Origin: Candidatus Latescibacterota bacterium
Lineage (GTDB): Bacteria > Latescibacterota > UBA2968 > UBA8231
Assembly (NCBI GenBank): GCA_965217585.1
Contig: OZ244561.1
Location: 2,400,001-2,464,000, forward strand
DNA: 64,000 nt
Reading direction: 5' to 3'
The notes beneath the pieces were generated by a model. That model did no database searches. It was not told the DNA's origin and saw only the letters and a list, made by a program, of their open reading frames with translations. The translations under genes were made by a program, and so were the position numbers. Below, piece after piece: positions 28,145-37,702 of this stretch (its first letter is position 1; the number at the start of each line of letters is the position of its first letter).

Positions 28145-29157
28145 TGCGGGCGTTGGTAACCGGAGGCACCGGCTTTGTCGGCGGTGCCTTGGTCCGTGCC
28201 CTCGTCGCTGGCGGCGCGCAAGTCCGGGTGCTGGCGCGACCCACTAGCCAGACTGAGGCGCTGGAGGACCTAGGCGTCGAAATCGTCCGCGGCGACATCC
28301 TCGTCCGCACGAGTATCGAAGCCGCGCTCGAAGGGTGCGACACTCTCTTCCACGCCGCGGCTCTCTACGACTTGTGGGGGTTGGACGAGGCCGAACTCTT
28401 GGCCACTGAAACCGAGGGGACCCGCAACGCCATGGAGGCGTCGTTGGCGGCTGGCGTCGCCAAGCTCGTCTATACCAGCACTGCCGTCTGTATTGGCGAG
28501 GCCAAAGGCCAAGTCGGCACCGAGACAACGGCCCATCGCGGCTACTTCCTCTCAAGTTATGAAAAGGCCAAACATGCAGCCGAGCAGGTGGCGTTCACGT
28601 ATGTGGACAAAGGAGTGCCGCTCATCTGCGTCCAGCCCGCTGCCATCTACGGCCCGGGCGACCGCAAGCCCACCGGACGCTTTATCATTAACCTGCTCAA
28701 CGGTCGGGTCCCCGCGCTTTTCCCCGGCTGGGTGAGCTTGGTGTACATTGACGACGCGGCTCGGGGGCACGTGCTGGCGGCTGAAAATGGCCGGGTCGGG
28801 GAACGCTATATACTCGCGGGCACGGTCGGCAAATTGACCGAACTCGGCCGACTGGTCTGTCGGTTAGCCGGGTGCTGGTCGCCGCCGACCATTCCCGCTC
28901 CACTGGCCGCACCCTACGCGCTCGGCGGCGAGGCTCTTTCGCGCCTGACCCGCAGACCGCCGGTCCTGTCGTGGGAAACCTACCGCCTCGCCGCGCACGG
29001 CTTCCGCGCCGACGGAAGCCGTGCCACCGCTGAGTTGGGCCTAGCCTATACGGACCAAGAGGAAGGGTTGACGCGGACGATCAACTGGTACTGGGAGCAG
29101 GGCTTGCTTAGACGCCGACCGGCCTGTTTCCGCGATCCGCAATTTACCTACAGATGA
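28144..29157 (+). CDS. NAD-dependent epimerase/dehydratase (HpnA/dihydroflavonol reductase-like)
   Basis: VTGGTGFVG, FHAAA, YTST, YEKAK and YGPGD. Confidence 0.88.
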   Translation: MRALVTGGTGFVGGALVRALVAGGAQVRVLARPTSQTEALEDLGVEIVRGDILVRTSIEAALEGCDTLFHAAALYDLWGLDEAELLATETEGTRNAMEASLAAGVAKLVYTSTAVCIGEAKGQVGTETTAHRGYFLSSYEKAKHAAEQVAFTYVDKGVPLICVQPAAIYGPGDRKPTGRFIINLLNGRVPALFPGWVSLVYIDDAARGHVLAAENGRVGERYILAGTVGKLTELGRLVCRLAGCWSPPTIPAPLAAPYALGGEALSRLTRRPPVLSWETYRLAAHGFRADGSRATAELGLAYTDQEEGLTRTINWYWEQGLLRRRPACFRDPQFTYR

Positions 29158-30262
29158 AAGCCGAATTGCCCATACCTTCCCCTCGGATCACTTGGCGGGG
29201 CGTCACCTTGGCCGGAGTGGGCTGGGTCCTCTACTCTCTCGCCTTCGCCGCATATTTTGCACAGGTGGTGCAAATACCCTTTCCGACGGCAGTTTTCCAC
29301 CAACTCCAAGGCAACGCGATACTGGCCCTGCTCAGCATTCCCGTCTGGCTTTTGACGGTCCGCCGGATGGATCGGGCGGGCTGGGGTTGGAAAATCGCCG
29401 TTCACGCGCTCATCGCCCCTCTTTATGCGGTCGGCGGCTTTGAAGCGATTGCTTGGTGGGTCCACTTAGCGGCTGGGCCGACTGCGGCCCAGCAGATGCG
29501 CGACTTCAGCCAATGGACCCTGCTGGGCTTTTTCTTTACGTACCTTGTGCAGTTTTCCTTTTACCACATCGTGCGTTCGGCCCAGCAGATACGCTGGCGC
29601 GAAAGACAGACCGCCGACTTGCTCGCTCTCACCCGCGAGCAAGAACTGGCCATTCTCAAAGCCCAACTCAATCCCCACTTTCTTTTTAATACTCTCAACG
29701 GCATCAGTGCAATGGTCACCCACGACCCGGAGGAGGCGCGCCACATGATCGCCCGCCTAGCCGAACTCCTGCGCTACGCCACCGACAGTTCCGAACGACC
29801 GCTGGTCCCGTTGCGCGAAGAAGTGGCGTTCATTCAAGCCTATGTGCAGTTAGAGCAGAAACGCCTAGCCGAACGGCTAAGCGTCGAACTAGACATTGAC
29901 TCCGAAGCCCTCGACGCTCCCATACCTCCAATGATCCTCCAATCCCTGGTGGAAAACGCCATCAAGCACGGCATCGCTCCCACACTGGAAGGAGGCAAAC
30001 TGCTCGTCCAGATTCGGGCTGCTAAGGGGCTTTGCTCGTCCAGATTCGGGCTGCTAAGGGGCTTTTGCGGTTCATCGTGCGAGATACGGGGATTGGTGTA
30101 AACGGCCGGTCTCTGGAGGAGTTGAAAGTGCTGGGAACCGGCTTGAAAAACAGCGATGAACGCCTGCGGCACCTCTTTGGTGAAGAGGGACAGCTCAGAT
30201 TACAGACGCCCGCTGGTGGTGGTTTCCAAATCGATTTTTCCCTGCCCTTGGAGTCGCAGTAA
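29154..30262 (+). pseudogene. LytS/YehU-type membrane histidine kinase, frameshifted by a 32-bp tandem duplication
   Basis: About 4 TM segments, LKAQLNPHFLFNTLN and LVENAIKHG. The remaining ATPase part (DTGIG, GTGLKN, GGGF) lies in ORF 30032..30262 in another frame. Confidence 0.85.
30001..30064 (+). repeat. Perfect 32-bp tandem duplication
   Basis: TGCTCGTCCAGATTCGGGCTGCTAAGGGGCTT at 30001-30032 and 30033-30064. Confidence 0.95.
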
Positions 30263-30984
30263 TGAGAGCTCTCATCGTCGACGACGAACCCCTTGCCCGC
30301 CAGTTGATCCGTGAGTATCTGGCCGATTTCCCGCAGATCCAAGTGCTAGCTGAATGCGGCGACGGGGAAAACGCGGTAAAAACCATAAACGCCGAACGAC
30401 CCGACCTCGTTTTCCTCGATGTGCAAATGCCGGGGCTCTCCGGTTTCGAGATCTTGGGGCAGCTCGACTTCATGCCTGCCATCGTCTTTTCCACCGCCTA
30501 TGACAAGTTTGCTTTGCGCACCTTTGAGATCAACGCCGTCGACTACTTGCTCAAACCCTACGAACGGGAGCGCTTCGCCCAAGCCGTACGTCGAGCATTG
30601 GAGCGCAAGGGGCGCATCAACCTCGATTCCTTCCAGGGCCTGTTGCGACAAACGACCACCCAGGACCGCTTCCTCATTCGCGTCGGCCGCCAAATCGTTC
30701 CGGTGGCGACGGAGGATATTCTGTGGATCGAAGCCGCCGGGGACTACGCCAAGCTGCACGCTATCGACAGAAGCCACCTGTGCGGCGTGGGGCTAGGTGA
30801 TTTAGAAAAAAGGCTCGACCCGCGCCGCTTCCTGCGCGTCCACCGCTCCGCCATCGTCGCCGTAAACGCGATCGCGCACCTCGAAAGCGACGGTGAAGGT
30901 GGTTATGTCGCCACGCTTAGAAACGGTGCGCGAGTGCGGGTCAGCCGATCTCGCGCCGACCAGATACGGCACCTCATCGTCTGA
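30262..30984 (+). CDS. LytTR-family response regulator
   Basis: LIVDDEPLAR, FLDVQMP, FSTAYD and DYLLKP. LytTR domain IEAAGDY...FLRVHRS...VSRS. Confidence 0.93.
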   Translation: MRALIVDDEPLARQLIREYLADFPQIQVLAECGDGENAVKTINAERPDLVFLDVQMPGLSGFEILGQLDFMPAIVFSTAYDKFALRTFEINAVDYLLKPYERERFAQAVRRALERKGRINLDSFQGLLRQTTTQDRFLIRVGRQIVPVATEDILWIEAAGDYAKLHAIDRSHLCGVGLGDLEKRLDPRRFLRVHRSAIVAVNAIAHLESDGEGGYVATLRNGARVRVSRSRADQIRHLIV

Positions 30985-32338
30985 CATTTTTCTCGTCGAG
31001 CTTCGCCAAAAATGTCTGTAATTCGCCCCACGACTCAGCGCGAGCGCGAGCGGTGGCAGCCGGAGTCCCGCCCATGACATAGGGAATCGCTTCAATCTGG
31101 TGGCGAACTTCCTCGTAGCCGGTCCCCACCATCGCATGTCCTGCCCCCTCGTACTGCACATGGCGGTAGGCATGGGGAAATGCGTTCGCGTCGAGTCTGG
31201 CGATCACCATTTCGCTCATGCGGCTGCCAGGCCAAAGCTGATCATCTCCGGCCGACAGGAGCAAGATATCCCCCTGGATACGCTCTGCGGGGATGGCCGC
31301 CTTGGCAACCGCTTCCGAGTCGTCCAAGGCGGCCGCGTAGAGTGAAAATACATTGATCTTCTCGGGCTGACCTGCGGCGAATTGCGCGTTGAATTCCGGC
31401 GTGTAAGCGTAGGGAAGGAAATCGAGCGGCTTGCCCTCGTACGACCACGAAGACTTCACCGAATTCCAGTCCACGCGGTTGAGGCCCTGGAACACAACCG
31501 ACGCTGGCACGTAGGCGACTACTGCTTGGATTTGCGGGAACGTCGCGCCCAGCAAGAGCGCCAGTTCAGCTCCCTTCGAGGCACCGACGACGCAGAGCTT
31601 GTTGTCTTTGATCTCCTCCCGGCGCTGCAACCAACCGATCGCCCGCTGGAAATATTCTAGGGGAATCTCTTCCAACTCCTCCGGCAAGCCCTCTGCTCCG
31701 AAGTAGGCGAGGGCGAAGACCGCATAGCCCTTGGTTGCCAAGAGGCTACCTAAGTAGCCCCCGATTCCCATCCCACCTTCGGAACCACCAAGCCAAATTA
31801 CCGTCGTCTTTCTAGTGTTATCGGGCGGCAGAATCAGACGGCCCACCAGTCCTTCTTCCCGCACCTCCTTGAAGGACAGATCCGGAGAATGGATGTAGAA
31901 TGAACGGCTCGTTCTATCTAGTATCTCACCTTTGACCTCCAAGGCGAAATACGCGGTATTAGGCGCTGGACTGACCTTCTTGCCCAGCGTCTCCCGGACC
32001 ACTGCAGATGTATCGGCCACAGGGGTCATTGACCAGAACAGGCCTAGCCGATCGACGCCTGTATAGGTCCCCTCAACGGCTGCGCTCTTGGCAACATCGA
32101 TTTTTCCCTCCCCATCCTCCTCGTATTTAGCGTGGGCATGCCACAACTGACCTTCGCGATCTTTCCTGACTACAGTCACACCTACCTGCTGGCCGGTCGC
32201 CAGTCCGACAGCCGAGATGTGGACAGTTTCACCCCAGAGAATGGGGGACTGGGGCGAGACGATGAGCCGAGGAGATTCTGCCGTAGCAGGGCAGTAAGCC
32301 AGAACACTCAGCGAGATTGCACAGTTTAGCGAACGCAT
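30974..32338 (-). CDS. Acyl-CoA thioesterase / bile acid-CoA N-acyltransferase (BAAT)-like hydrolase, possible signal peptide
   Basis: GTYTGVD..GLFWSM, LGGSEGG, GASKGAE (nucleophile), DDQLWP and YEGAGH. Confidence 0.85.
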   Translation of the reverse strand: MRSLNCAISLSVLAYCPATAESPRLIVSPQSPILWGETVHISAVGLATGQQVGVTVVRKDREGQLWHAHAKYEEDGEGKIDVAKSAAVEGTYTGVDRLGLFWSMTPVADTSAVVRETLGKKVSPAPNTAYFALEVKGEILDRTSRSFYIHSPDLSFKEVREEGLVGRLILPPDNTRKTTVIWLGGSEGGMGIGGYLGSLLATKGYAVFALAYFGAEGLPEELEEIPLEYFQRAIGWLQRREEIKDNKLCVVGASKGAELALLLGATFPQIQAVVAYVPASVVFQGLNRVDWNSVKSSWSYEGKPLDFLPYAYTPEFNAQFAAGQPEKINVFSLYAAALDDSEAVAKAAIPAERIQGDILLLSAGDDQLWPGSRMSEMVIARLDANAFPHAYRHVQYEGAGHAMVGTGYEEVRHQIEAIPYVMGGTPAATARARAESWGELQTFLAKLDEKNVRR

Positions 32339-32573
32339 AATGGCCTCCAGTGATAGGGTGCGTTTTGCGCCCTATAATATCCGGAGGTCCATCGCTACGC
32401 TATTCTATTTTTAGACCAACGGCGACATGACTCGGCTAATAGCGTGAGAGAGGGGTGAATTGCAGGAGAACATTCGATTTTGCAAGGGCCTACCCCTCGT
32501 CCGCGCCCAAAAACTTGCGCCATAGGCACCAAGGGATCCCGTCGGGACCGCGGAGCGCCTCGACTCGTCTGTC

Positions 32574-33022
32574 GAAGTCCGCGAGCGTCGAAACCAGCGC
32601 CGCCATCCCGTTTATGCCCAGCCCGAGTTGATGGCCACCGCGCCCAATCAAGTGTGGATGTGGGATATAACGAAGCTGCGCGGACCGATCAAAGGCGTCT
32701 ATTACTATAATTGTATGTCGTACTCGATCTGTTTAGCCGCTATGCCGTCGGCTGGATGATCGCCTCTAAAGAAACAGCACAGTTAGCCGACGTTTTCGTC
32801 GAGACGCCCTGCCAACGGCAGGCCATTGCCGCCCCATCAACTCACTCTCCATGCTGACCAGGGCAGCCCCATGACTGCCAAGACCATGAGTGAATTGCTG
32901 GTTGATCTGGGCGTGCTCAAAAGCCATTCCAGAACCCAAGTCTGTGATGACAACCCTATTCAGAGGCGCACTTCAAAACGCTCAAGTATCGACCCGACTT
33001 CCCCGAGCGCTTTGGCAGCTAT
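32574..33022 (+). mobile_element. IS3-family transposase relic (integrase core, multiple frameshifts)
   Basis: Read across frames: RERRNQRRHP..PELMATAPNQVWMWDITKL, VVLDLFSRYAVGW, LHADQGSPM, SHSR..DDNP and SEAHFKTLKYRPDFPERF. No intact ends seen. Confidence 0.85.
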
Positions 33023-33172
33023 CCTTTCTATATAGTCGTCCATCATCTCCTTCAGCACCGCACGCTGCACGCTGGCCCGAGGACGAGCCAAAAAGCCGAC
33101 CCAGGTGGTGGTTGGCCTCCTCCCACTTGCTGCGCAGCAAGCGCTGCTTTATGAGCCCCTGAGATAGAACCA

Positions 33173-33205
33173 ACATTGGGCAGAGAGAAACTCTCTGCCC
33201 AATGT
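33173..33205. terminator. Perfect 15-bp hairpin downstream of the tandem paralogs
   Basis: ACATTGGGCAGAGAG-AAA-CTCTCTGCCCAATGT; the U-tail is weak. Confidence 0.5.
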
Positions 33206-33254
33206 CCGACGATAAGTGCAGTGCCAGAATGAAAAAATCAGGTGGAAAAGATAC

Positions 33255-34214
33255 TCAGCGCAACTGATTGCTCAGATGACTTTTGATCCGGCCCCAAGAG
33301 GAACTCTCCACTGCGGTCGCGGTCCCTGATCCTCCGGCATTCGGGCAGTCTTCGCATCCTATTAAAGTCCAGTCGGGAAACGCATCCCCCTGTGTGTCAT
33401 ATGAGTTCGGGTTTTGATCTCCGGTAAATCTATCCTTCAGCCACATATCGTGCTGATACAAGCTGCCGTCGCTATCGACGAGCCGCGGCCCAATGTGGGT
33501 GACCTGACCATCCTCATACACGTGCCTTACGCTCTCCGCCTCGGTCAGGCCAACGACGTCATAGGTTTTCAACCGGGCTTCCCAAGTGACCTCTACATCC
33601 AGGGTTCCGTGCTGGGCATCCGGCGGGGTAACCGTCCAGGCAAGATCCCATACGTCCGTGACGTTGCCAAAAAGATCTACATCCTGAGTCCAACTCAACT
33701 GCTCGTCGCCGAGCACCTCGATCTGGCTGTTGAAGGCCGCTACTCCATCCGGCCCCGGCAATATGCGCATATGATAGCGCTGGTGGTTGCTCGCCTCGTC
33801 CAGGTTGGCCCCTAGGCCGGGACCACCCGAGTGGTCGTTGTCGAGGTTGAACTGGGTGAAATCATCGTGCCACATGCGTTTCAAGTCTGGCTCCTGCCGC
33901 CGCAGGGAGTCGTCCTGAATCCGGAGAAAGAAGTAGAGCCGGTTGTCTGGCGGACGAGAATAGGCCAGCCGGAAAGTGGCAGCATAATCGTCTGCCCCAA
34001 CGACTTCGCCATTTGTCGCATAAAAATCCAAAGCGCTGTCCAAGGCGAGATCGTTGTCGAACCAGCCCCAGTCGCTGTCATCTCCGTCCATGGTCATGGC
34101 GTCAGGATCGGGCACTTCTTGCAGGAAAAACTCTAGGCCCGTGTGCCCCAAAGCCGGCCCGCTAAAAGCCAGAGCCAATGCACACGGCAAGAGCAAAACT
34201 ATGGATCTTTTCAT
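33255..34214 (-). CDS. Secreted acidic protein (DOMON/CBM9-like), paralog A
   Basis: Signal peptide, MDGDDSDW and RLYF..RIQDD, with C-terminal TATAVESSSWGRIK. Length 960 nt. Confidence 0.7.
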   Translation of the reverse strand: MKRSIVLLLPCALALAFSGPALGHTGLEFFLQEVPDPDAMTMDGDDSDWGWFDNDLALDSALDFYATNGEVVGADDYAATFRLAYSRPPDNRLYFFLRIQDDSLRRQEPDLKRMWHDDFTQFNLDNDHSGGPGLGANLDEASNHQRYHMRILPGPDGVAAFNSQIEVLGDEQLSWTQDVDLFGNVTDVWDLAWTVTPPDAQHGTLDVEVTWEARLKTYDVVGLTEAESVRHVYEDGQVTHIGPRLVDSDGSLYQHDMWLKDRFTGDQNPNSYDTQGDAFPDWTLIGCEDCPNAGGSGTATAVESSSWGRIKSHLSNQLR

Positions 34215-34343
34215 GCTTGATCTCCTCTCCTAATGGATGGTCTCCCAGTCTGCACATATGCGCCGACATGGGCTTGGGCCGGATCGCCCAAGGTAGGTTA
34301 CTAGAAGTTATCTCATAAACTCTGAATACGTCATCAGATGGTC

Positions 34344-35303
34344 TCAGTGCAACTGATTGCTCAGGTGACTTTTGATCCGGCCCCAAGAGGAACTCTCCAC
34401 TGCGGTCGCGGTCCCTGATCCTCCGGCATTCGGGCACTCTTCGCATCCTATTAAAGTCCAGTCGGGAAACTGATCCCCCTCTGTGCCATATTGGGCCGGG
34501 TTTTGATTTCCGGTAAATCTATCCTGCAGATAAAAATCGTACTGAAACAGGCTGCCGTCGTTATCGGTGAGCCGCGGCCCAAGGTGGGTGACCTGACCAT
34601 CCTCATACACGTGCCTTACGCTCTCTGCCTCGCTCAGGCCAACGGCGTCATAGGTTTTGAACCGGGCTTCCCAGGTGACCTCTATATCCAGAGTGCCGTG
34701 CTGGGCATCCGGCGGGGTAACCGTCCAAGCAAGATCCCATACGCCCGTGACGTTGCCAAAAAGATCTACATCCTGAGTCCAGCTCAACTGCTCGTCGCCG
34801 AGTACCTCGATCTGGCTGTTGAAGGCCGCTACTCCATCCGGACCCGGCAATATGCGCAGATGATAGCGCTGGTGGTTGCTCGCCTCGTCTAGGTTGGCCC
34901 CTAGGCCGGGACCGCCCGAGTGGTCGTTGTCGAGGTTGAACTGGGTGAAATCATCGTGCCACATGCGTTTCAAGTCTGGCTCCTGACGCCGCAGGGAGTC
35001 GTCCTGAATCCGGAGAAAGAAGTAGAGCCGGTTGTCTGGCGGACGAGAATAGGCTATCCGCCAAGTGGCAGAATAATCGTCTGGTTCAGCGACTTCACCT
35101 GATGTCACATAAAAATCCAAATTGCTGTCCAAGGCGAGATCGTTGTCGAACCAGCCCCAGTCGCTGTCATCTCCGTCCATGGTCATGGCGTCAGGATCGG
35201 GCACTTCTTGCAGGAAAAACTCCAAGCCCGTGTGCCCCAAAGCCGGCCCGCTAAAAGCCAGAGCCAACGCACACGGCAAAAGCAAAAGCATAGATTTTTT
35301 CAC
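34344..35303 (-). CDS. Secreted acidic protein (DOMON/CBM9-like), paralog B
   Basis: GTG start at 35303 gives 960 nt, colinear with paralog A at offset 1089. RBS GAGGAG. Confidence 0.7.
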   Translation of the reverse strand: MKKSMLLLLPCALALAFSGPALGHTGLEFFLQEVPDPDAMTMDGDDSDWGWFDNDLALDSNLDFYVTSGEVAEPDDYSATWRIAYSRPPDNRLYFFLRIQDDSLRRQEPDLKRMWHDDFTQFNLDNDHSGGPGLGANLDEASNHQRYHLRILPGPDGVAAFNSQIEVLGDEQLSWTQDVDLFGNVTGVWDLAWTVTPPDAQHGTLDIEVTWEARFKTYDAVGLSEAESVRHVYEDGQVTHLGPRLTDNDGSLFQYDFYLQDRFTGNQNPAQYGTEGDQFPDWTLIGCEECPNAGGSGTATAVESSSWGRIKSHLSNQLH

Positions 35304-35755
35304 TTTATAACTCCTCTTCCTAATAGATGGGCTCCCAGCCTGTATATATGCGTACAATTCAGGATTGGAAGGAATGGAAAACTGGATGCTACGCGAGGGA
35401 CGCTTTGCCTCCTTCCATTTTAATATCTTTCTCATAATTTTAGAACAATTATCTGCACGGCTCTAGCCGAAAAGCGAGCCATATCCGCATGTCTTTATTT
35501 ATGCGCCAAAGTCCCAAAGTCATTGGGGGCTATTTAAATAAAAAGGTTAGGGAAGTCAAGAATTTTTTCAAGTTATCGGCCTTTTACATGCGCGGTAGGG
35601 ATACTACTCAAATTCTACTTGTCGTATGAAGCCTCCTATATATATTGAAATAGTTGGCTCCCCGCCCTATCCCCGACGTAGCGATATGGTGAGCCGCGAG
35701 AACTGCTCGCACATTGTAATATCTGCTCGACAAGCCTGAATGGAGATCTAGCTCC

Positions 35756-36829
35756 ATGGCAACTTCTCGTCCAAAGGTAATGCTGGTCTGTGATCAGCAA
35801 GTTCGCGATAACTACTTGACAATCCCGGACCTGGAACGACTCAATGTTTTTGCCGACTGGCACTGGTTCGCCTGCGAGGACGGTGTGCCCTTCTTCAGCC
35901 CCAGCCCAAGCACGGAGTTGAAAACCCGATTGCTCGATCAGGTGGAGGACGTCGACGCGATCATCGTCTGCTGCGGTGCTCCGCGGATCGACGCCGAGGT
36001 CATGGAACGGGCAATCGGGCTGAAGATCGTCGGCGAGGTAGCGGGCGACCGATTCGCCGAACGCATCGATGTGGAAGCCGCCTGGGAGCGGGGCATCCGC
36101 ACGGTGGACACCACCAATGGCACCTCCTATCCAGTGGCCGAATGGGCCCTAGCCCTGATCCTTATTTCCCTGCGCAATGCCGGTGCCTATTTCCGCCGCA
36201 TCATCGCCGGCGATACTGACTTTTCCCGCAATGAAGATCCCGGCTATTTGCGCGGTGATCTGACCGGCAAGCGAGTCGGGTTGATCGGCTGCGGCCATAT
36301 CGGCCGGCGGTTGATTCAGTTTCTACGGCCCTTTGAGGCAGATATCCAAGTGTACGATCCTTATCTGCCCAGAGAAATGGCGGACGCCCTAGGTTTTCTC
36401 CAGACCTCGTTGGACAACATCCTCTCCCAGTCCGACGCCATTGTCTGTTTGGCACCACTGACCCCCCAGACTCAGGGCATGATCGGCCAGCGCGAATTGG
36501 ATCTGATTCCATCGGAGGCCGTGTTCATAAATGTTTCGCGCGGTCCGATCGTCGACTCCGATGCTCTGATCGAACGGCTGAAGCGGGGAGACATCATCGC
36601 TGGACTGGACGTTTTCGACCCAGAGCCGATCCCGGCTGACAGCGAGATTATCCATCTGCCCAATGTCTTTCTCAGTCCACACATCGCCGGGGTCACAGCC
36701 CCCAGCTACCCCCGTCTATTCACGCTGATGGTGGACGAGTTGGACCGCTTCTTCCACGGCCACGAAACCCTCTTCGACCTGACGCCCCGCTCATTGGCCA
36801 ATCGCCGGGGCACTGAGTCCCAGCCCTAG
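35756..36829 (+). CDS. D-isomer-specific 2-hydroxyacid dehydrogenase family protein
   Basis: GLIGCGHIG, YDPY, PLTPQT, INVSRG, LDVFDPEP and SPHIAG. Confidence 0.9.
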   Translation: MATSRPKVMLVCDQQVRDNYLTIPDLERLNVFADWHWFACEDGVPFFSPSPSTELKTRLLDQVEDVDAIIVCCGAPRIDAEVMERAIGLKIVGEVAGDRFAERIDVEAAWERGIRTVDTTNGTSYPVAEWALALILISLRNAGAYFRRIIAGDTDFSRNEDPGYLRGDLTGKRVGLIGCGHIGRRLIQFLRPFEADIQVYDPYLPREMADALGFLQTSLDNILSQSDAIVCLAPLTPQTQGMIGQRELDLIPSEAVFINVSRGPIVDSDALIERLKRGDIIAGLDVFDPEPIPADSEIIHLPNVFLSPHIAGVTAPSYPRLFTLMVDELDRFFHGHETLFDLTPRSLANRRGTESQP

Positions 36830-36833
36830 AGTT

Positions 36834-37622
36834 ATGATGGAACTAGCAGAGTTAACATCGGCCCAAAAAGCACAATATGAGCAGGATGGTTATACCATAC
36901 TCAAAGGTTTGTTCGATCCGGATGAATGCGATCAGTTCATCAGCCACATGATGGATCTTCATGCGGGGCGCGAGAAAATCGACGGTTTCCAGTTTACGGC
37001 TTGGGTCGTTAACATGGCACCCCGCAATGCCGATGACTGGAGTCGAACAAGAAATCAGCACCTGTACGATCCTATGACTATGGACTGGATGTTGAATCCC
37101 CGGCTGCGCCAGCCGCTGCGCACTTGTCTCGACGACGAGCCCGAGGCAATGCAGACTATGTACTTCTACAAAGGGTCGGAACAGCGCCGACACCAAGATG
37201 CCTATCACCTTCCGGGATGTATGTCGGCCTGGATTGCCCTCCAAGATGTCGACGAACGCAATGGCAGCATCCATGTCCAGCTCGGATCCCATAGAGGACC
37301 GATACTCGATAAAAAGGACTTCAAAGAGGATGAAGACGGCAAGCCCGGACCCTGGTACGGCTGGAACCACGAAGATGCGTTCGACGCCCTATTTGAGCGC
37401 AACGGGTTTCCGGAGATCGCGGTCGAAGCTAACAAGGGGGACACGGTGCTCTTCCACGGCAGATTGATTCATCGCGGTGGCCCCATTCTGGAACCGGACT
37501 CTTTCCGCCACGTTTTAGCGTGCCACTACCTCCCCTACAGTTTTAACCCTTGGCCCTATGAAGTCGCCCCCAGATTGCGGATTTCATTCGATGGGGCCTG
37601 TCGGTTTACCCCTACCCACTAA
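36834..37622 (+). CDS. Phytanoyl-CoA dioxygenase (PhyH) family protein
   Basis: YEQDGY, HQD, AWIALQD, GSH and KGDTVLFHGRLIHRG. Confidence 0.88.
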   Translation: MMELAELTSAQKAQYEQDGYTILKGLFDPDECDQFISHMMDLHAGREKIDGFQFTAWVVNMAPRNADDWSRTRNQHLYDPMTMDWMLNPRLRQPLRTCLDDEPEAMQTMYFYKGSEQRRHQDAYHLPGCMSAWIALQDVDERNGSIHVQLGSHRGPILDKKDFKEDEDGKPGPWYGWNHEDAFDALFERNGFPEIAVEANKGDTVLFHGRLIHRGGPILEPDSFRHVLACHYLPYSFNPWPYEVAPRLRISFDGACRFTPTH

Positions 37623-37702
37623 TAACTTGTGCTTTGAATAGGCCAGATGCACCTCGAATCCTAGAAGATGGGACGCGAGGTGCATCTGGCGGCGGGCTTC
37701 CA

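Noticed and set aside
28144-29157. hpnA and hopanoid cluster call
   Set aside because: No other hpn or shc genes nearby; only the family-level call is supported.
30001-30064. 32-bp repeat as a mini-CRISPR
   Set aside because: The copies are directly adjacent with no spacer and duplicate coding sequence.
32982-33176. 64-aa minus-strand ORF next to the IS3 relic
   Set aside because: No recognisable motif and it overlaps the IS relic; at most a fragment.
33255-35303. Near-identical repeats as a DGR template/variable pair
   Set aside because: Both copies are full ORFs, the differences are not adenine-specific, and no reverse transcriptase is present in the window.
35304-35435. N-terminal extension of paralog B to 363 aa
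   Set aside because: Colinearity with paralog A and the RBS place the start at GTG 35303.
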